A stretch of DNA of 64,000 bases from Candidatus Solibacter sp. (lineage in GTDB: Bacteria; Acidobacteriota; Terriglobia; Acidiferrales; UBA7541): contig DATJXZ010000022.1 of NCBI GenBank assembly GCA_035499815.1, positions 34,031 through 98,030 on the forward strand, written 5' to 3'. The notes below the pieces were generated by a model. It ran no database searches. It had not been told where the DNA came from and worked only from the letters and a program-made list of their open reading frames with translations. The translations under genes and the position numbers were made by a program. Shown here piece by piece: positions 36,701 to 45,789 of this stretch (its first letter is position 1; each line of letters begins with the position of its first letter).

Positions 36701-37223
36701 CCTTTTGAGCTACCTTCTCTATCCAGATGTCTTTGTAAAGTACGATAAAATCCGGCAGGCCTACTCGGATGTAGGCGTTCTTCCCACGCCTGCATTTTAT
36801 TATGGATTGGCTTCCGGGGAAGAGATCACCGTCGAGATCGAACCGGGAAAGACGCTGATCCTCAAGTTTCTGACGGCCAGCGATCCGCACCCGGATGGAA
36901 CGCGAACACTTTTCTTTGAATTGAATGGACAGCCGCGTGAGGTAAATGTACGAGACCGCGCGCTGCGCGTGGTCGAGCGCGCACATCCGAAGGCCGACCC
37001 TGCGGATCCAGGGCAAGTGGCCGCGCCGACTGCCGGTGTAATCAGCGGAATCGCCGTACAAGCGAATCATCCGGTGGAGCGCGGAGCCAAGCTGTTGACG
37101 CTTGAAGCTATGAAAATGCAATCGAACATCTACGCGCCTATCTCCGGCCGCGTCGTAAAGCTACTCGTTGCGCCGGGTCAGCACGTCGAAGCCAAGGATT
37201 TGCTGGTGGCTATTGCGCCGTGA
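33765..37223 (+). CDS. pyc: Pyruvate carboxylase (single-chain: biotin carboxylase, carboxyltransferase, biotinyl domain)
   Basis: 1152 aa. BC domain (LLAANRSEIAIRIFRA, GGGGRGMRVV, EVNPRIQVEHTVTE). CT domain (TFRDSHQSL, HFHTHDTSG). Biotin attachment site EAMKMQ near the C-terminus. Confidence 0.98.
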   Translation: MAKNKPLRKLLAANRSEIAIRIFRAANELGLRTVGIYSHEDRLALHRFKADEAYQVGIGKGPVEAYLDIAGIVALAKEKGVDAIHPGYGFLAENPAFARACEKAGITFIGPTPDLLELLGDKTAARRLAASAGVPVLPGTEEPISSPSEARKRAADIGYPIIVKAAMGGGGRGMRVVRDEAELESRLEEAQGEAKSAFGDASVFLEKYLPRARHLEVQILGDNHGNLLHLYERDCSVQRRHQKVVEVAPAANLPASVRTELCEAAVRLARKANYRNAGTVEFLYDVDAREWYFIEVNPRIQVEHTVTEMVTGLDLVRSQILLAQGHKLHEEPLALPQQQDVPLYGAALQCRVTTEDPEKNFAPDYGKLTTYRSPAGFGIRLDGGTAYAGAVLAAYYDSLLVKVTAWGTKLPEACQRMDRALREFRIRGVKTNILFLENVINHPRFRAGDVTTSFLEEYPELLRLQSRGDRATKLLSYLGDVILNGNPEVKGKQVPKVLEKAVLPSVPAIETPAGTRQMLQKLGPKKFAAWARKEKRLLITDTTFRDSHQSLMATRVRTYDLLATAAAVARRLPILFSLEMWGGATFDVSMRFLHEDPWQRLRELRQRVPNICFQMLLRGANAVGYTSYPDNVIVEFVREAHAQGIDIFRVFDSLNSIENMRVSIDAVLETGAVCEPAICYTGDIFDKSRPKYSLKYYVSMAKQLERLGAHFLAIKDMAGLCKPYAAYELVKTLRDEIAIPVHFHTHDTSGINSCSVLKAADAGVDVADAAVAAMSGGTSQPNLNSIVEALRHTSRDTHLDIEALNECSDYWETVRGYYLPFDSGPKAGSARLYQHEIPGGQYTNLREQAAAIGLGHRWREVEKMYAEVNQLFGDIVKVTPSSKVVGDMTLFLMANEIQPSDLLKLQEEHDLSFPNSVVEMFSGTLGVPPGGWPRKLQKIILRGTAALKGRPGASLEPVDFAETEAALEKKIGHGARRDALLSYLLYPDVFVKYDKIRQAYSDVGVLPTPAFYYGLASGEEITVEIEPGKTLILKFLTASDPHPDGTRTLFFELNGQPREVNVRDRALRVVERAHPKADPADPGQVAAPTAGVISGIAVQANHPVERGAKLLTLEAMKMQSNIYAPISGRVVKLLVAPGQHVEAKDLLVAIAP

Positions 37224-37990
37224 GCGATCCGAACCTGCGCAAACACGAAGGTTTTCGCTCGCGTTTCCTCAGAAATCAGCGCGACCTGATCGTCTATCTC
37301 CCACCTGGTTATGACGACCAGTCCGGTCGCTGGTTTCCCGTAATTTATCTTCACGACGGCCAGAATCTTTTTGACGGAGCCACATCTTTCATCCCCGGTA
37401 TGGATTGGCAGGTGGGCCAAACCGCTGATGATGTGATCAGCGGTGGCTCGGTCGAGCCGCTGATCATCGTTGGCATGTACAACACGAAAGCCCGAATCCG
37501 CGAATACACGCCCACCCACGTTCCCAAACTGGGCGGCGGCCGTGCCGATCGCTACGCAAAATTCTTAATCGAAGAAGTAAAGCCATTCATCGAACGCGAG
37601 TACCGCGCTCTGCACGGCCCGGAAGCAACCGGTATCGGAGGTTCATCGCTTGGCGGTCTTGTGTCCTTATACCTGGGGCTCAAACTCCCTCAGATCTTTG
37701 GAAAGATTGCGGCTCTTTCCCCCTCCGTTTGGTGGAACCAGCATGTTATGCATCGGTTTGCCGAAGCCGCCAACGTGCAGCCGCGCCCGCGCATCTGGCT
37801 GGACATCGGAACCCGCGAGGGCCCGCGTATTGTTCCAGACGTTGAACAATTTCGCGACATCCTCGTGCAAAAAGGCTGGCAACTTGATCGCGATCTGCAT
37901 TACGAGCGAGTCGAAGGCGGCGAGCACAACGAGGCAGCGTGGGCCCAGCGCGTCGGGCCATTTTTGCGATTTTTGTTTCCGGCGCGATAG
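37220..37990 (+). CDS. Esterase-family alpha/beta hydrolase (esterase D / enterochelin-esterase-like)
   Basis: VIYLHDGQNLF; nucleophile elbow GGSSLGG; C-terminal GGEHNEAAW. The GTG start overlaps the pyc stop (GTGA). Confidence 0.8.
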   Translation: MSDPNLRKHEGFRSRFLRNQRDLIVYLPPGYDDQSGRWFPVIYLHDGQNLFDGATSFIPGMDWQVGQTADDVISGGSVEPLIIVGMYNTKARIREYTPTHVPKLGGGRADRYAKFLIEEVKPFIEREYRALHGPEATGIGGSSLGGLVSLYLGLKLPQIFGKIAALSPSVWWNQHVMHRFAEAANVQPRPRIWLDIGTREGPRIVPDVEQFRDILVQKGWQLDRDLHYERVEGGEHNEAAWAQRVGPFLRFLFPAR

Positions 37991-38077
37991 GCCAGTCGAA
38001 GTATAATTCGCTCTTTATCACGTAGTCATGCGCGGACGTTGTCGCATGAGCTGTATGTGCCGTTGTGGGGACATCCA

Positions 38078-39283
38078 ATGACAGGGAGCCGCCCGCTCAC
38101 AATTCTCTGCGTCAGCTCCTACGAAAAAGGACAGGAGTTCCTCCGCACTTGCAAAGCGATTGGTTGTCGCGTGCTTCTCTTAACCGTCGAAAAACTCCGC
38201 GATGCGGATTGGCCCCGTGATTTCATCGATGAAATGTTTTTCATGCCCGAAGAGCTTCCGATCCAGGAACTGATCAATGCTGTGAGCTACGCTGCTAGGT
38301 CCCAGCCCATTGACCGCATCGTGGCCCTCGACGAATTCGACATGGAGAACGTTTCGGCCCTTCGCGAGCATTTGCGCATCCCCGGCATGGGCCTCACGAC
38401 GGTCCGCTATTTCCGCGACAAGCTGGCCATGCGAGCGCGCGCAATGGAAGCCGGCATTCCCGTTCCGGAGTTCGTCCACGTTTTGAATTACGATAGCCTT
38501 CGCGAATTCATGTCCCGGGTTCCCGCGCCCTGGCTGCTAAAGCCGCGCTCCCAAGCTTCAGGCATCGGCATGAAAAAAATCCACGAGGCCGCCGAGCTTT
38601 GGCCCTGGCTCGATCAGCTAGGCGACAAGCAATCGCACTACTTGCTCGAACAATTCGTCGCGGGCAGTGTTTTTCATGTAGACAGCGTGGCGACAGAACG
38701 GGAGGTTGTTTTTGCCGAGGCCCACACCTACGGCGCGCCTCCTCTCGAGACTTCGCATAAAGGCGGCGTTTTCACCACGCGGACATTGCCACGCTATTCG
38801 GCGGAAGTTGGCGCGCTCCGCGATATGAATCGCAAAGTGCTTTCGGAACTGGGTTTTCTTCGGGGCGTCACTCACGCCGAATTCTTAAGAGCTCACGCCG
38901 ATGGAAAGTTCTATTTCCTCGAGGTCGCCGCCCGCGTTGGTGGCGCATACATCTCCGATGTGATCGAAGCTGCCACCGGGATAAATCTCTGGCGCGAATG
39001 GGCCCATTTAGAGGTCGGAGCAGGCAAGCAGCCCTACCAACTACCCCAAACGCGCCAGGATTACGCGGGAGTGATTGTGTCGCTCGCACGGCAGGAAACT
39101 CCTGACACATCCGCGTACACCGATCCGGAAATTGTCTACCGCGTGAAGAAATATCACCACGCCGGTTTCGTCCTCAAAGCGCCGAGTCCGGAGCGCATCG
39201 AGCAGCTCCTGTACTCGTACACAGAAAGATTCCGTGCTGATTTTCTGGCGACGCAGCCTGTCCCCGAAAAACCGAGCAACTGA
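38078..39283 (+). CDS. ATP-grasp domain protein of unknown specificity
   Basis: [60 protein letters not shown]. These fit the ATP-grasp lysine/glycine loop and the Mg-binding E/N region. I prefer ATG 38078. Confidence 0.8.
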   Translation: MTGSRPLTILCVSSYEKGQEFLRTCKAIGCRVLLLTVEKLRDADWPRDFIDEMFFMPEELPIQELINAVSYAARSQPIDRIVALDEFDMENVSALREHLRIPGMGLTTVRYFRDKLAMRARAMEAGIPVPEFVHVLNYDSLREFMSRVPAPWLLKPRSQASGIGMKKIHEAAELWPWLDQLGDKQSHYLLEQFVAGSVFHVDSVATEREVVFAEAHTYGAPPLETSHKGGVFTTRTLPRYSAEVGALRDMNRKVLSELGFLRGVTHAEFLRAHADGKFYFLEVAARVGGAYISDVIEAATGINLWREWAHLEVGAGKQPYQLPQTRQDYAGVIVSLARQETPDTSAYTDPEIVYRVKKYHHAGFVLKAPSPERIEQLLYSYTERFRADFLATQPVPEKPSN

Positions 39284-39502
39284 CGGCTCCATGCGTTACA
39301 CTCCTGTCGCCCTCCTCCAGCGTCATCAGAGATTCATCGAAAATTGAACTTTGAGCGACGACGGCCACTGTCCAAAGGTCTAGTTACTTTCAGGAACGGC
39401 CACTGAAGTCTGCATTTGCGGTGCGCCAGACTGAGGTCTACAGTTTGCAATACCCCGAGCAAAAAATCCGCCAGGGGTGGTGCTATCCCTTTGGGAGGAC
39501 CG

Positions 39503-40048
39503 ATGTGGGGCAATAAGAAACCGGATACGCCGCAAGCCGCGCCTCCGGAGCCAAAAAATTTTCCAACGAATCAGCCGCCGAAGTCCGCTCCGGCGACTTG
39601 GGAGGATAAACCCGCAATGAGTACAGATGCTATGCGTCCATTGGGTGCAACCGCGGACCGCGCTACCGCGCGGCTCGGGGCCAGCCTGCACGTGAAAGGC
39701 GAGATCTCCGGCAACGAGGATCTGCTGATCGACGGCTCGGTCGAAGGACTGATCCAGCTTGATGAGCGGAAGCTGACCGTCGGAACGACCGCAAAAGTCA
39801 CCGCCGATATCATCGCCCGCGAGGTGGTGGTCTACGGCACGGTGAAGGGAAACCTTCGCGCGAAAGACCGGATCGAAATCAAAAAGGACGGTTCCGTCAA
39901 CGGCGATCTCACCACCGCCCGCATCATGATTGAAGACGGCGCCTACTTTAAGGGGTCGATTGAAATCGATAAGAGTTCCGAGAAGGACTCCGGCCACAAC
40001 GCTTTCGCAAAGAGTTCGTCAGCTCCAGTAGCCACAAAGACGATTTAA
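39503..40048 (+). CDS. Bactofilin (polymer-forming cytoskeletal protein)
   Basis: Pro-rich N-terminal tail, then the beta-helical repeat core LHVKGEISGNEDLLIDGSVEGLI...VTADIIAREVVVYGTVKGNLRAKDRIEIKKDGSVNGDLTTARIMIEDGAYFKGSIE. GGGAGG lies upstream of ATG 39503. Confidence 0.88.
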   Translation: MWGNKKPDTPQAAPPEPKNFPTNQPPKSAPATWEDKPAMSTDAMRPLGATADRATARLGASLHVKGEISGNEDLLIDGSVEGLIQLDERKLTVGTTAKVTADIIAREVVVYGTVKGNLRAKDRIEIKKDGSVNGDLTTARIMIEDGAYFKGSIEIDKSSEKDSGHNAFAKSSSAPVATKTI

Positions 40049-40073
40049 CTGGCGACTTCTGTAAAATGTTGTC

Positions 40074-40111
40074 GGGCGGCGCCGATCTCAAATCCGCGCC
40101 GCCTTTTTTTG
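40074..40111 (+). terminator. Intrinsic terminator after the bactofilin gene
   Basis: An 8-bp GC stem, GGCGGCGC (40075-40082) with GCGCCGCC (40096-40103), is followed by T7 (40104-40110). Confidence 0.85.
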
Positions 40112-40150
40112 ATCCCTCCACTGTCTACCTCTTTCTATAGATTTCTCAAC

Positions 40151-40178
40151 TTGACAACTAACGGAATTGGACTAAAGT
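40151..40178 (+). promoter_or_regulatory. Sigma70-like promoter upstream of the IPT/TIG lipoprotein gene
   Basis: TTGACA at 40151-40156 and TAAAGT at 40173-40178, with a 16-nt spacer. Confidence 0.4.
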
Positions 40179-40279
40179 GAGCACGGTAACTCTCTCAAGT
40201 CTACGTGCCCGGCTCTGGCTTCCATCCTTATTGCAGCACTGCCTTAGCCGGAAACGCGAAAGGAACGAGGAGTCGTTCA

Positions 40280-43200
40280 ATGGGTCGGCTCGGAAAAAGG
40301 ACCCTGGGTCTTTTGCTTGCTCTTCCCCCGTTTTGCTCCTTCGGATGCGGCGGCGGCTCCGCCACGCAAATCGTTCCTCCGCCTCCCCAGCCGGATTTTT
40401 CAATCGGTTTTTCTCAAAGCTCTGTTACTGTCCAGCAGGGGACTACCAGCGCTGCCGTAAATGTCTCCGTGTCACCTCTCAACGGTTTTTCAAGCACGGT
40501 TCAAGTCAGTCTCTCGGGCCTGCCTTCGGGGGTCATCGCTAGTCCGGCCAGCCCGTTCATCGTCGCTGCCGGTGCCAGCGTTCCCCTGCTCTTTTCCGCT
40601 TCCTCGACTGCTCCCTCCGGAACGTTCACAATCATGGCCGCCGGTGTCAGCGACTCTCTTTCACATTCCGCCAATCTTGGTATCAGTGTGCAGCCCGGCG
40701 TCGTTGCCAACGTCCCTCGAACAGCTTTTGCACGCACCGACTCTAGTTCTGCGATGGACGATCCTTCAGGTGAGCCTCATCATCGCCATATTGCATACGA
40801 TCCGGCGCATCAACTTGTTTTCTTTGCTAACCGAGCTATGAACCGCGTCGATATTTTCTCCCCGACGACCTCAATCCGTTCCGGCCAAGTCAGCGTTCCT
40901 GGCGCGAGCAGTGGCGATCTCTCGGCGGACGGCGCCACTGTCTGGATCGGAACAGTCACGGAACAGATAGTGGCGATCGACACCGCATCTCTTCAAGTCA
41001 AAGCCCGATACGAACTCACAGGTCTGCAGCCTCTTCCCAACACTCTCTTCGATCGCCCTGAAGAATTGCTCACGCTCTCCAGCGGCAACCTGATGTTGCG
41101 CTTGCGCCAATCCCAAACCGTCGAAGCGCTACTCGCCCTCTGGAATCCCTCGTCCAACACTTTGACAGACCTTACTTCCACTGAGCCGCAGCTATTTCAA
41201 AACGGCCTCGGCGCGATGGCTCGAACCGGCGACCACACAAAAGTCCTGGTTGCGTCGGGCGACTCCAGCGGCGAACTCGCCATCTACGATGCGAACGGAA
41301 ATGTTCTCGCCGGTCCTCACGGCCTGGGGAGCGGCACGATCCCTCTCGTGGCGGCCAATCCCGATGGCTCCAGGTTTGCTGTCGTTTTCGTTTCGAATGG
41401 CGCCACGCAGGTTCTTCTGCTCGATGGCTCACTCACTCAAATTGCCACGCACACTTCTTCCGCTGTCAACGGCCTAGTCTTTTCTCGCGACGGCCGGTTC
41501 TTATATTTGGGCGAAAATGCCAACGGCCCACCCGTTATCACCGTCCTGAACGGTCATAGCCTTAACAGCATTGGCCAGGTGCCCGATTTGTGGATAGCGG
41601 GACGCCGAACGGAAATCGAGGATGTGGATGCGACCAATCTCTTATTTGGTCTCTCGAATCGTGGGCTGGGATTTATTGACGCTGCAACCCCCGGCTCGCT
41701 TCCCGGAATCGGGGCCATCTTTTCCGCCCCACCAACAGTGCAGCCCTCCGAAGGACCCAACGCGGGCGGCACTTCCACGGTTCTCGAGGGGCAGAACTTT
41801 GAGACGGGCGCCCAAGTTCTGTTCGGCTCCCAATCCGCGAGCAATGTCGGCATCCTTGGCAACGTCGAATTCACGGCGACGTCGCCTCCCAACGCGGCGA
41901 CTGGCGCCGTAAATGTAACTGCTTATTTTTCCGCCGGCTGGCTCGCCATCGCTCCGGATGCATTTAGCTATGGACCGCAGGTCCTGCAAATTCTGCCCAA
42001 TGCGGGCACGCCGGCCGGCGGCGATACTGTGCAAGTATACGGTTACGGTTTTGGCACTGACCCCACAAAAATCACCGTCAAAATTGGCGGCGTAAATGCC
42101 ATCGTGCAGCAAACGCAAAACATCACAGCCATCGCACCGTCTCTCGGCTTGGACCCCACCTATCCTTTCCCTCTGGAGTGCATCACCGTGCAAACTCCGT
42201 CAGCTACGCCCGGAAACGCCGATCTCTCCATCTCCTCCCCAGCGGGTTCCACCACGTCTTCGAAGGCGTTCCAATATCTCCAAAGCGAAAATTTCTATGC
42301 CAAGCCTTCGTTCGATAAATTTGTTTTATACGACCAGTCCCGCCAGTGGCTTTATCTCAGCAATATCGATCATGTTGACGTCTTCGATTTGGCCACAAAC
42401 CTCTTTCACGCCGATGGCATCGAGCCGCCTGGTGGTCCGCCTCCCACTTCAGAGCTTCGCGGCCTCGCTCTCACTCCGGATGGCACGCAGCTCGTAGCCG
42501 CAGACTTCGGTGCTCAGAACATTTATCTACTCAACCCCGATAGCGGCGCAGGCACCGGCGTTGCCGTCGGAGGCGTCGCCGGCTTCACTAACTCTGGTCC
42601 TTCGCGCGTAGCCGCCACCAGCACGCAAAATGTTTTTGTCGGGCTGAGCGCGGAGTCCGGCTCCTCCGGCGGCTGTACGGCATGCCTCGGACAATTGAAC
42701 TTAACGGCGAGTCCCCCCACGATTCAACCTGCCTCGCAACCCGAAATATCCAGTCTCACAGGCGCACCTCTCGTCGAATCCAATGGCAATGGCGATCAAA
42801 TATTCGTTGCCTTCGCCACCGCACCGGGCGGCCCGCTCGCTCTCTGGAATGCTTCCTCGCCCAATCAATTTTTCACTTTTACGGCTAATGATTCCGCCAC
42901 GGATCTGGGTACAGCCGCCGATGGAACCATGTTTGCTCTTGAGGCGAACGGCACAATGGAGATTCGCGGCGCGGACCTCTCGCTCGCAACAGTCCCCGCG
43001 AATCCGGAGCTGTTAAGACTTCCCAATCGCGTTAATGTCCCCGGAGTGACCCTCCATCCTAGCGGCGCCCTGGTCTACGAGCCGTTCCTCACCGGCCCCG
43101 CAGGTGGCGCCGGCGTAAAAGGAGGCGTGGACATTCTCGACGCGCACACGGGCTCCCTCCGCCTGCGCATTTTGTTCCCCCAACAGTTCATGACCGATGT

Positions 43201-43573
43201 CGATGGAATGCACGGCAGCTTCCTCGCTATCGACGAAAATGGCCAGCGGCTCTTCGCCATCACCTCCGAAGATGGAACAGCTCAAAATGCGGGTGTCACC
43301 ATCGTTAAGCTCGCGAACGTCCCACTGGGGATCGGCACGCTGACTCCCTCCAACGGACCTACCGCCGGCGGAACGCAAATTACGATTCGCGGCAGCGGCT
43401 TCAAGAACGGCGCCACGGTTACCGTCGGCGGTAAGAGCTCCACTGTCACCTTCATGGATATAAACACCCTGACCGTCGTAACCCCCGCTCTTCCCATGGG
43501 CGCGCAACGCCTCACCATCACAAATCCTGACGGCGAAACGGTTTCGCTTGATGCCGCCTTCGCAGCAAATTAG
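40280..43573 (+). CDS. Large (about 1097 aa) lipoprotein with beta-propeller-like repeats and three IPT/TIG domains
   Basis: Lipobox-like LLLALPPFCSFGCGGG. IPT/TIG signatures are PSEGPNAGGTSTVLEGQNFETGAQVLFG, LPNAGTPAGGDTVQVYGYGFG and PSNGPTAGGTQITIRGSGFKNGATVTVGG. AGGAG lies upstream of ATG 40280. Confidence 0.8.
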   Translation: MGRLGKRTLGLLLALPPFCSFGCGGGSATQIVPPPPQPDFSIGFSQSSVTVQQGTTSAAVNVSVSPLNGFSSTVQVSLSGLPSGVIASPASPFIVAAGASVPLLFSASSTAPSGTFTIMAAGVSDSLSHSANLGISVQPGVVANVPRTAFARTDSSSAMDDPSGEPHHRHIAYDPAHQLVFFANRAMNRVDIFSPTTSIRSGQVSVPGASSGDLSADGATVWIGTVTEQIVAIDTASLQVKARYELTGLQPLPNTLFDRPEELLTLSSGNLMLRLRQSQTVEALLALWNPSSNTLTDLTSTEPQLFQNGLGAMARTGDHTKVLVASGDSSGELAIYDANGNVLAGPHGLGSGTIPLVAANPDGSRFAVVFVSNGATQVLLLDGSLTQIATHTSSAVNGLVFSRDGRFLYLGENANGPPVITVLNGHSLNSIGQVPDLWIAGRRTEIEDVDATNLLFGLSNRGLGFIDAATPGSLPGIGAIFSAPPTVQPSEGPNAGGTSTVLEGQNFETGAQVLFGSQSASNVGILGNVEFTATSPPNAATGAVNVTAYFSAGWLAIAPDAFSYGPQVLQILPNAGTPAGGDTVQVYGYGFGTDPTKITVKIGGVNAIVQQTQNITAIAPSLGLDPTYPFPLECITVQTPSATPGNADLSISSPAGSTTSSKAFQYLQSENFYAKPSFDKFVLYDQSRQWLYLSNIDHVDVFDLATNLFHADGIEPPGGPPPTSELRGLALTPDGTQLVAADFGAQNIYLLNPDSGAGTGVAVGGVAGFTNSGPSRVAATSTQNVFVGLSAESGSSGGCTACLGQLNLTASPPTIQPASQPEISSLTGAPLVESNGNGDQIFVAFATAPGGPLALWNASSPNQFFTFTANDSATDLGTAADGTMFALEANGTMEIRGADLSLATVPANPELLRLPNRVNVPGVTLHPSGALVYEPFLTGPAGGAGVKGGVDILDAHTGSLRLRILFPQQFMTDVDGMHGSFLAIDENGQRLFAITSEDGTAQNAGVTIVKLANVPLGIGTLTPSNGPTAGGTQITIRGSGFKNGATVTVGGKSSTVTFMDINTLTVVTPALPMGAQRLTITNPDGETVSLDAAFAAN

Positions 43574-43763
43574 CCCCGCGTTTGTACGGGCACAGGAATG
43601 CTCTGCCCCAGTTTGCCCGGGCGCTAACTTCATCTCTCGTGCGTCCATGCCGCGAAAAATTCTCCCTTAACCAAATCCTCCACTCTCTCATCACAGAGAA
43701 GGTAGAATTCAATGGTCAAGAAATGGCACGCACCTGGTCTCAATTCATGAGAGGGCTAATCAC

Positions 43764-44735
43764 ATGGAAACACGCAAGCTCGGCAACTCCGATTTGCAGA
43801 TCACGTCCGTTGGCTACGGCGCTTGGGCCATCGGCGGAAGCGGATGGGATTTTGCCTGGGGACACCAGGAAGATGCAGACTCCATCGCCGCGATCCAGCG
43901 CTCGCTCGAGCTAGGCGTAAATTGGATCGATACCGCAGCAGTCTATGGCATCGGACGCTCGGAAGAAGTCGTCGCGCAAGCCTTGAAAGATTGGCGCGGC
44001 GCGCGGCCGTACATTTTTACGAAGTGCGTTCTTCGCTGGGACGACAAAGGCCACGTGACGCAGAACCACACGGTCGACTCAATACGGAAAGAATGCGAAG
44101 ACAGCCTTCGCCGACTGCAAGTCGATGTCATCGACTTATACCAAATGCACTGGCCACCTTCCGACAATGGGCCTGGGCTTGAGGAAGCTTGGCGAACGAT
44201 GTCTGCCTTGCAGAAAGCGGGAAAGGTTCGCTGGATTGGCGTCTCGAACTTCGACGTTACGCAAATCAAGCGCGCGGAAAAAATCGCGCCTGTCACATCG
44301 TTGCAACCGCCGTATTCGCTGGTACGCCGCGCGGTCGAAAAGGAAGTCCTTCCTTATTGCAAACAGCAAGGACTTGGGGTGATCTCTTACGCTCCGATGG
44401 CTTCTGGCCTGCTCACAGGGGCCATGACGCGGGAGCGCGCTGCGGCCTTACCACCCGATGATTTCCGGAGCAAGAGTCCGGAGTTCCGCGAGCCGCGCCT
44501 TTCAAAAAACATCGAGCTTGTCGAGCGCTTGCGGAGAGTTGGTTCGCATCATGGCCGCAGCCCCGGTGAAGTCGCTATCGCCTGGGTCCTCAACAACCCT
44601 GCCGTGACGGGAGCCATCGTCGGCGCCAGAAATGCCAAGCAAGCCGATGGCGTAATGCGCGCCGGTGAGTTGAAACTATCGTCCGAAGAGATTCTTGAAA
44701 TTGAAGGCGCGGCCGCCTCCGCAACCGCGAAGTAA
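43764..44735 (+). CDS. Aldo/keto reductase
   Basis: GNSDLQITSVGYGAWAIGG, IDTAAVYG, IDLYQMHWP, GVSNF, LQPPYSL. This is the canonical AKR block order. Confidence 0.93.
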   Translation: METRKLGNSDLQITSVGYGAWAIGGSGWDFAWGHQEDADSIAAIQRSLELGVNWIDTAAVYGIGRSEEVVAQALKDWRGARPYIFTKCVLRWDDKGHVTQNHTVDSIRKECEDSLRRLQVDVIDLYQMHWPPSDNGPGLEEAWRTMSALQKAGKVRWIGVSNFDVTQIKRAEKIAPVTSLQPPYSLVRRAVEKEVLPYCKQQGLGVISYAPMASGLLTGAMTRERAAALPPDDFRSKSPEFREPRLSKNIELVERLRRVGSHHGRSPGEVAIAWVLNNPAVTGAIVGARNAKQADGVMRAGELKLSSEEILEIEGAAASATAK

Positions 44736-44788
44736 GCGCAGCCTTCACAACCGGACAACGCCAAGATTTGCAGCGAGAGCGAAGCAGG

Positions 44789-45223
44789 TTACGCGCGAGC
44801 GAAATCTGGACGCCACGTCTTGATCATCTGCTTGATGGCTTTGCGATTGTATATTTTTTCTTCCAGGATCCTTCGCGCTAGTTCCGGCAACTCGGCATCG
44901 CTTGCAAACCGCAGCGACACAAACTGATCCGTCGTGAATTCTCCGATTCGCGCTTGCAGGTCCGAGGGCAAAATCCGTTCGAAGCGTAGCCGCTCCTCCA
45001 TTCGAATCACGCGATCCTGCACTGTCATCGCCATCATGCGGGCCAGCATGAATCCAAGCAAAATGGCCGCTGATACCAGCACGCCGAGCACGCTGCTGAC
45101 CGAAAATCCCGATTTTCCGCACCAATATAGCGAAAATCCCAGGTTGATGAACAAAACCGGCAAAACAAAAAAATGAAAGGGAGGTACCCACCTCGCGTGG
45201 TTCTGAAAACTTTGTTCGGCCAT
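44789..45223 (-). CDS. Hypothetical membrane protein (two TM segments plus a soluble C-terminal domain)
   Basis: FHFFVLPVLFINLGFSLYW and VLGVLVSAAILLGFMLARMM are followed by a charged helical C-terminus. No family named with confidence. Confidence 0.65.
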   Translation of the reverse strand: MAEQSFQNHARWVPPFHFFVLPVLFINLGFSLYWCGKSGFSVSSVLGVLVSAAILLGFMLARMMAMTVQDRVIRMEERLRFERILPSDLQARIGEFTTDQFVSLRFASDAELPELARRILEEKIYNRKAIKQMIKTWRPDFARA

Positions 45224-45437
45224 CGCATTCCTCCTTCCTGCTTGGCGATTCTAACAGATGCGCCCGTCGACGGCGTCCTTCCTCCCCCAAGTCCATCCAT
45301 TAGCCAACCTGGGATTTCCTCCCACAAATTTGGTTTCGGTCCGTCAACACTTGAACCTTTTTAGTAAACGCGGCATCTAAATTCCAAAAGGTAGTTTTAG
45401 AAACGCAAGAAGAATGAGTTCTTGAGGAGGAAGGAAA

Positions 45438-45731
45438 ATGGCAAAGGCTGTTTGGGGTGGCAAAGTCATCGCCGAAAGCAACGAGACAGTCGTCGTCGAA
45501 GGGAACCAGTATTTTCCATCTGACTCCGTAACGAAAGATTTTCTAAAGTCCAGTTCTCATACTTCGATTTGCCCTTGGAAGGGCACTGCTCACTACTATC
45601 ACGTGGAAGTCGACGGCATGAAGAACGAGAATGCTGCCTGGTATTACCCCGAACCAAAACCCGCCGCGGCTGAAATCAAAGGCAGGGTCGCTTTCTGGAA
45701 GGGCGTCCGCGTCGAAGCAGGCAAAAGCTAG
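45438..45731 (+). CDS. DUF427 domain protein
   Basis: 97 aa. NQYFP...CPWKGTAHYY...NAAWYY is the characteristic DUF427 signature. GAGGAGGAAGG lies upstream. Confidence 0.88.
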   Translation: MAKAVWGGKVIAESNETVVVEGNQYFPSDSVTKDFLKSSSHTSICPWKGTAHYYHVEVDGMKNENAAWYYPEPKPAAAEIKGRVAFWKGVRVEAGKS

Positions 45732-45789
45732 TGATAAACGGCGATGCCGCCTGCGGAAAAGCGCCCGCCGCTAATCGCCAGCTCCTGTC

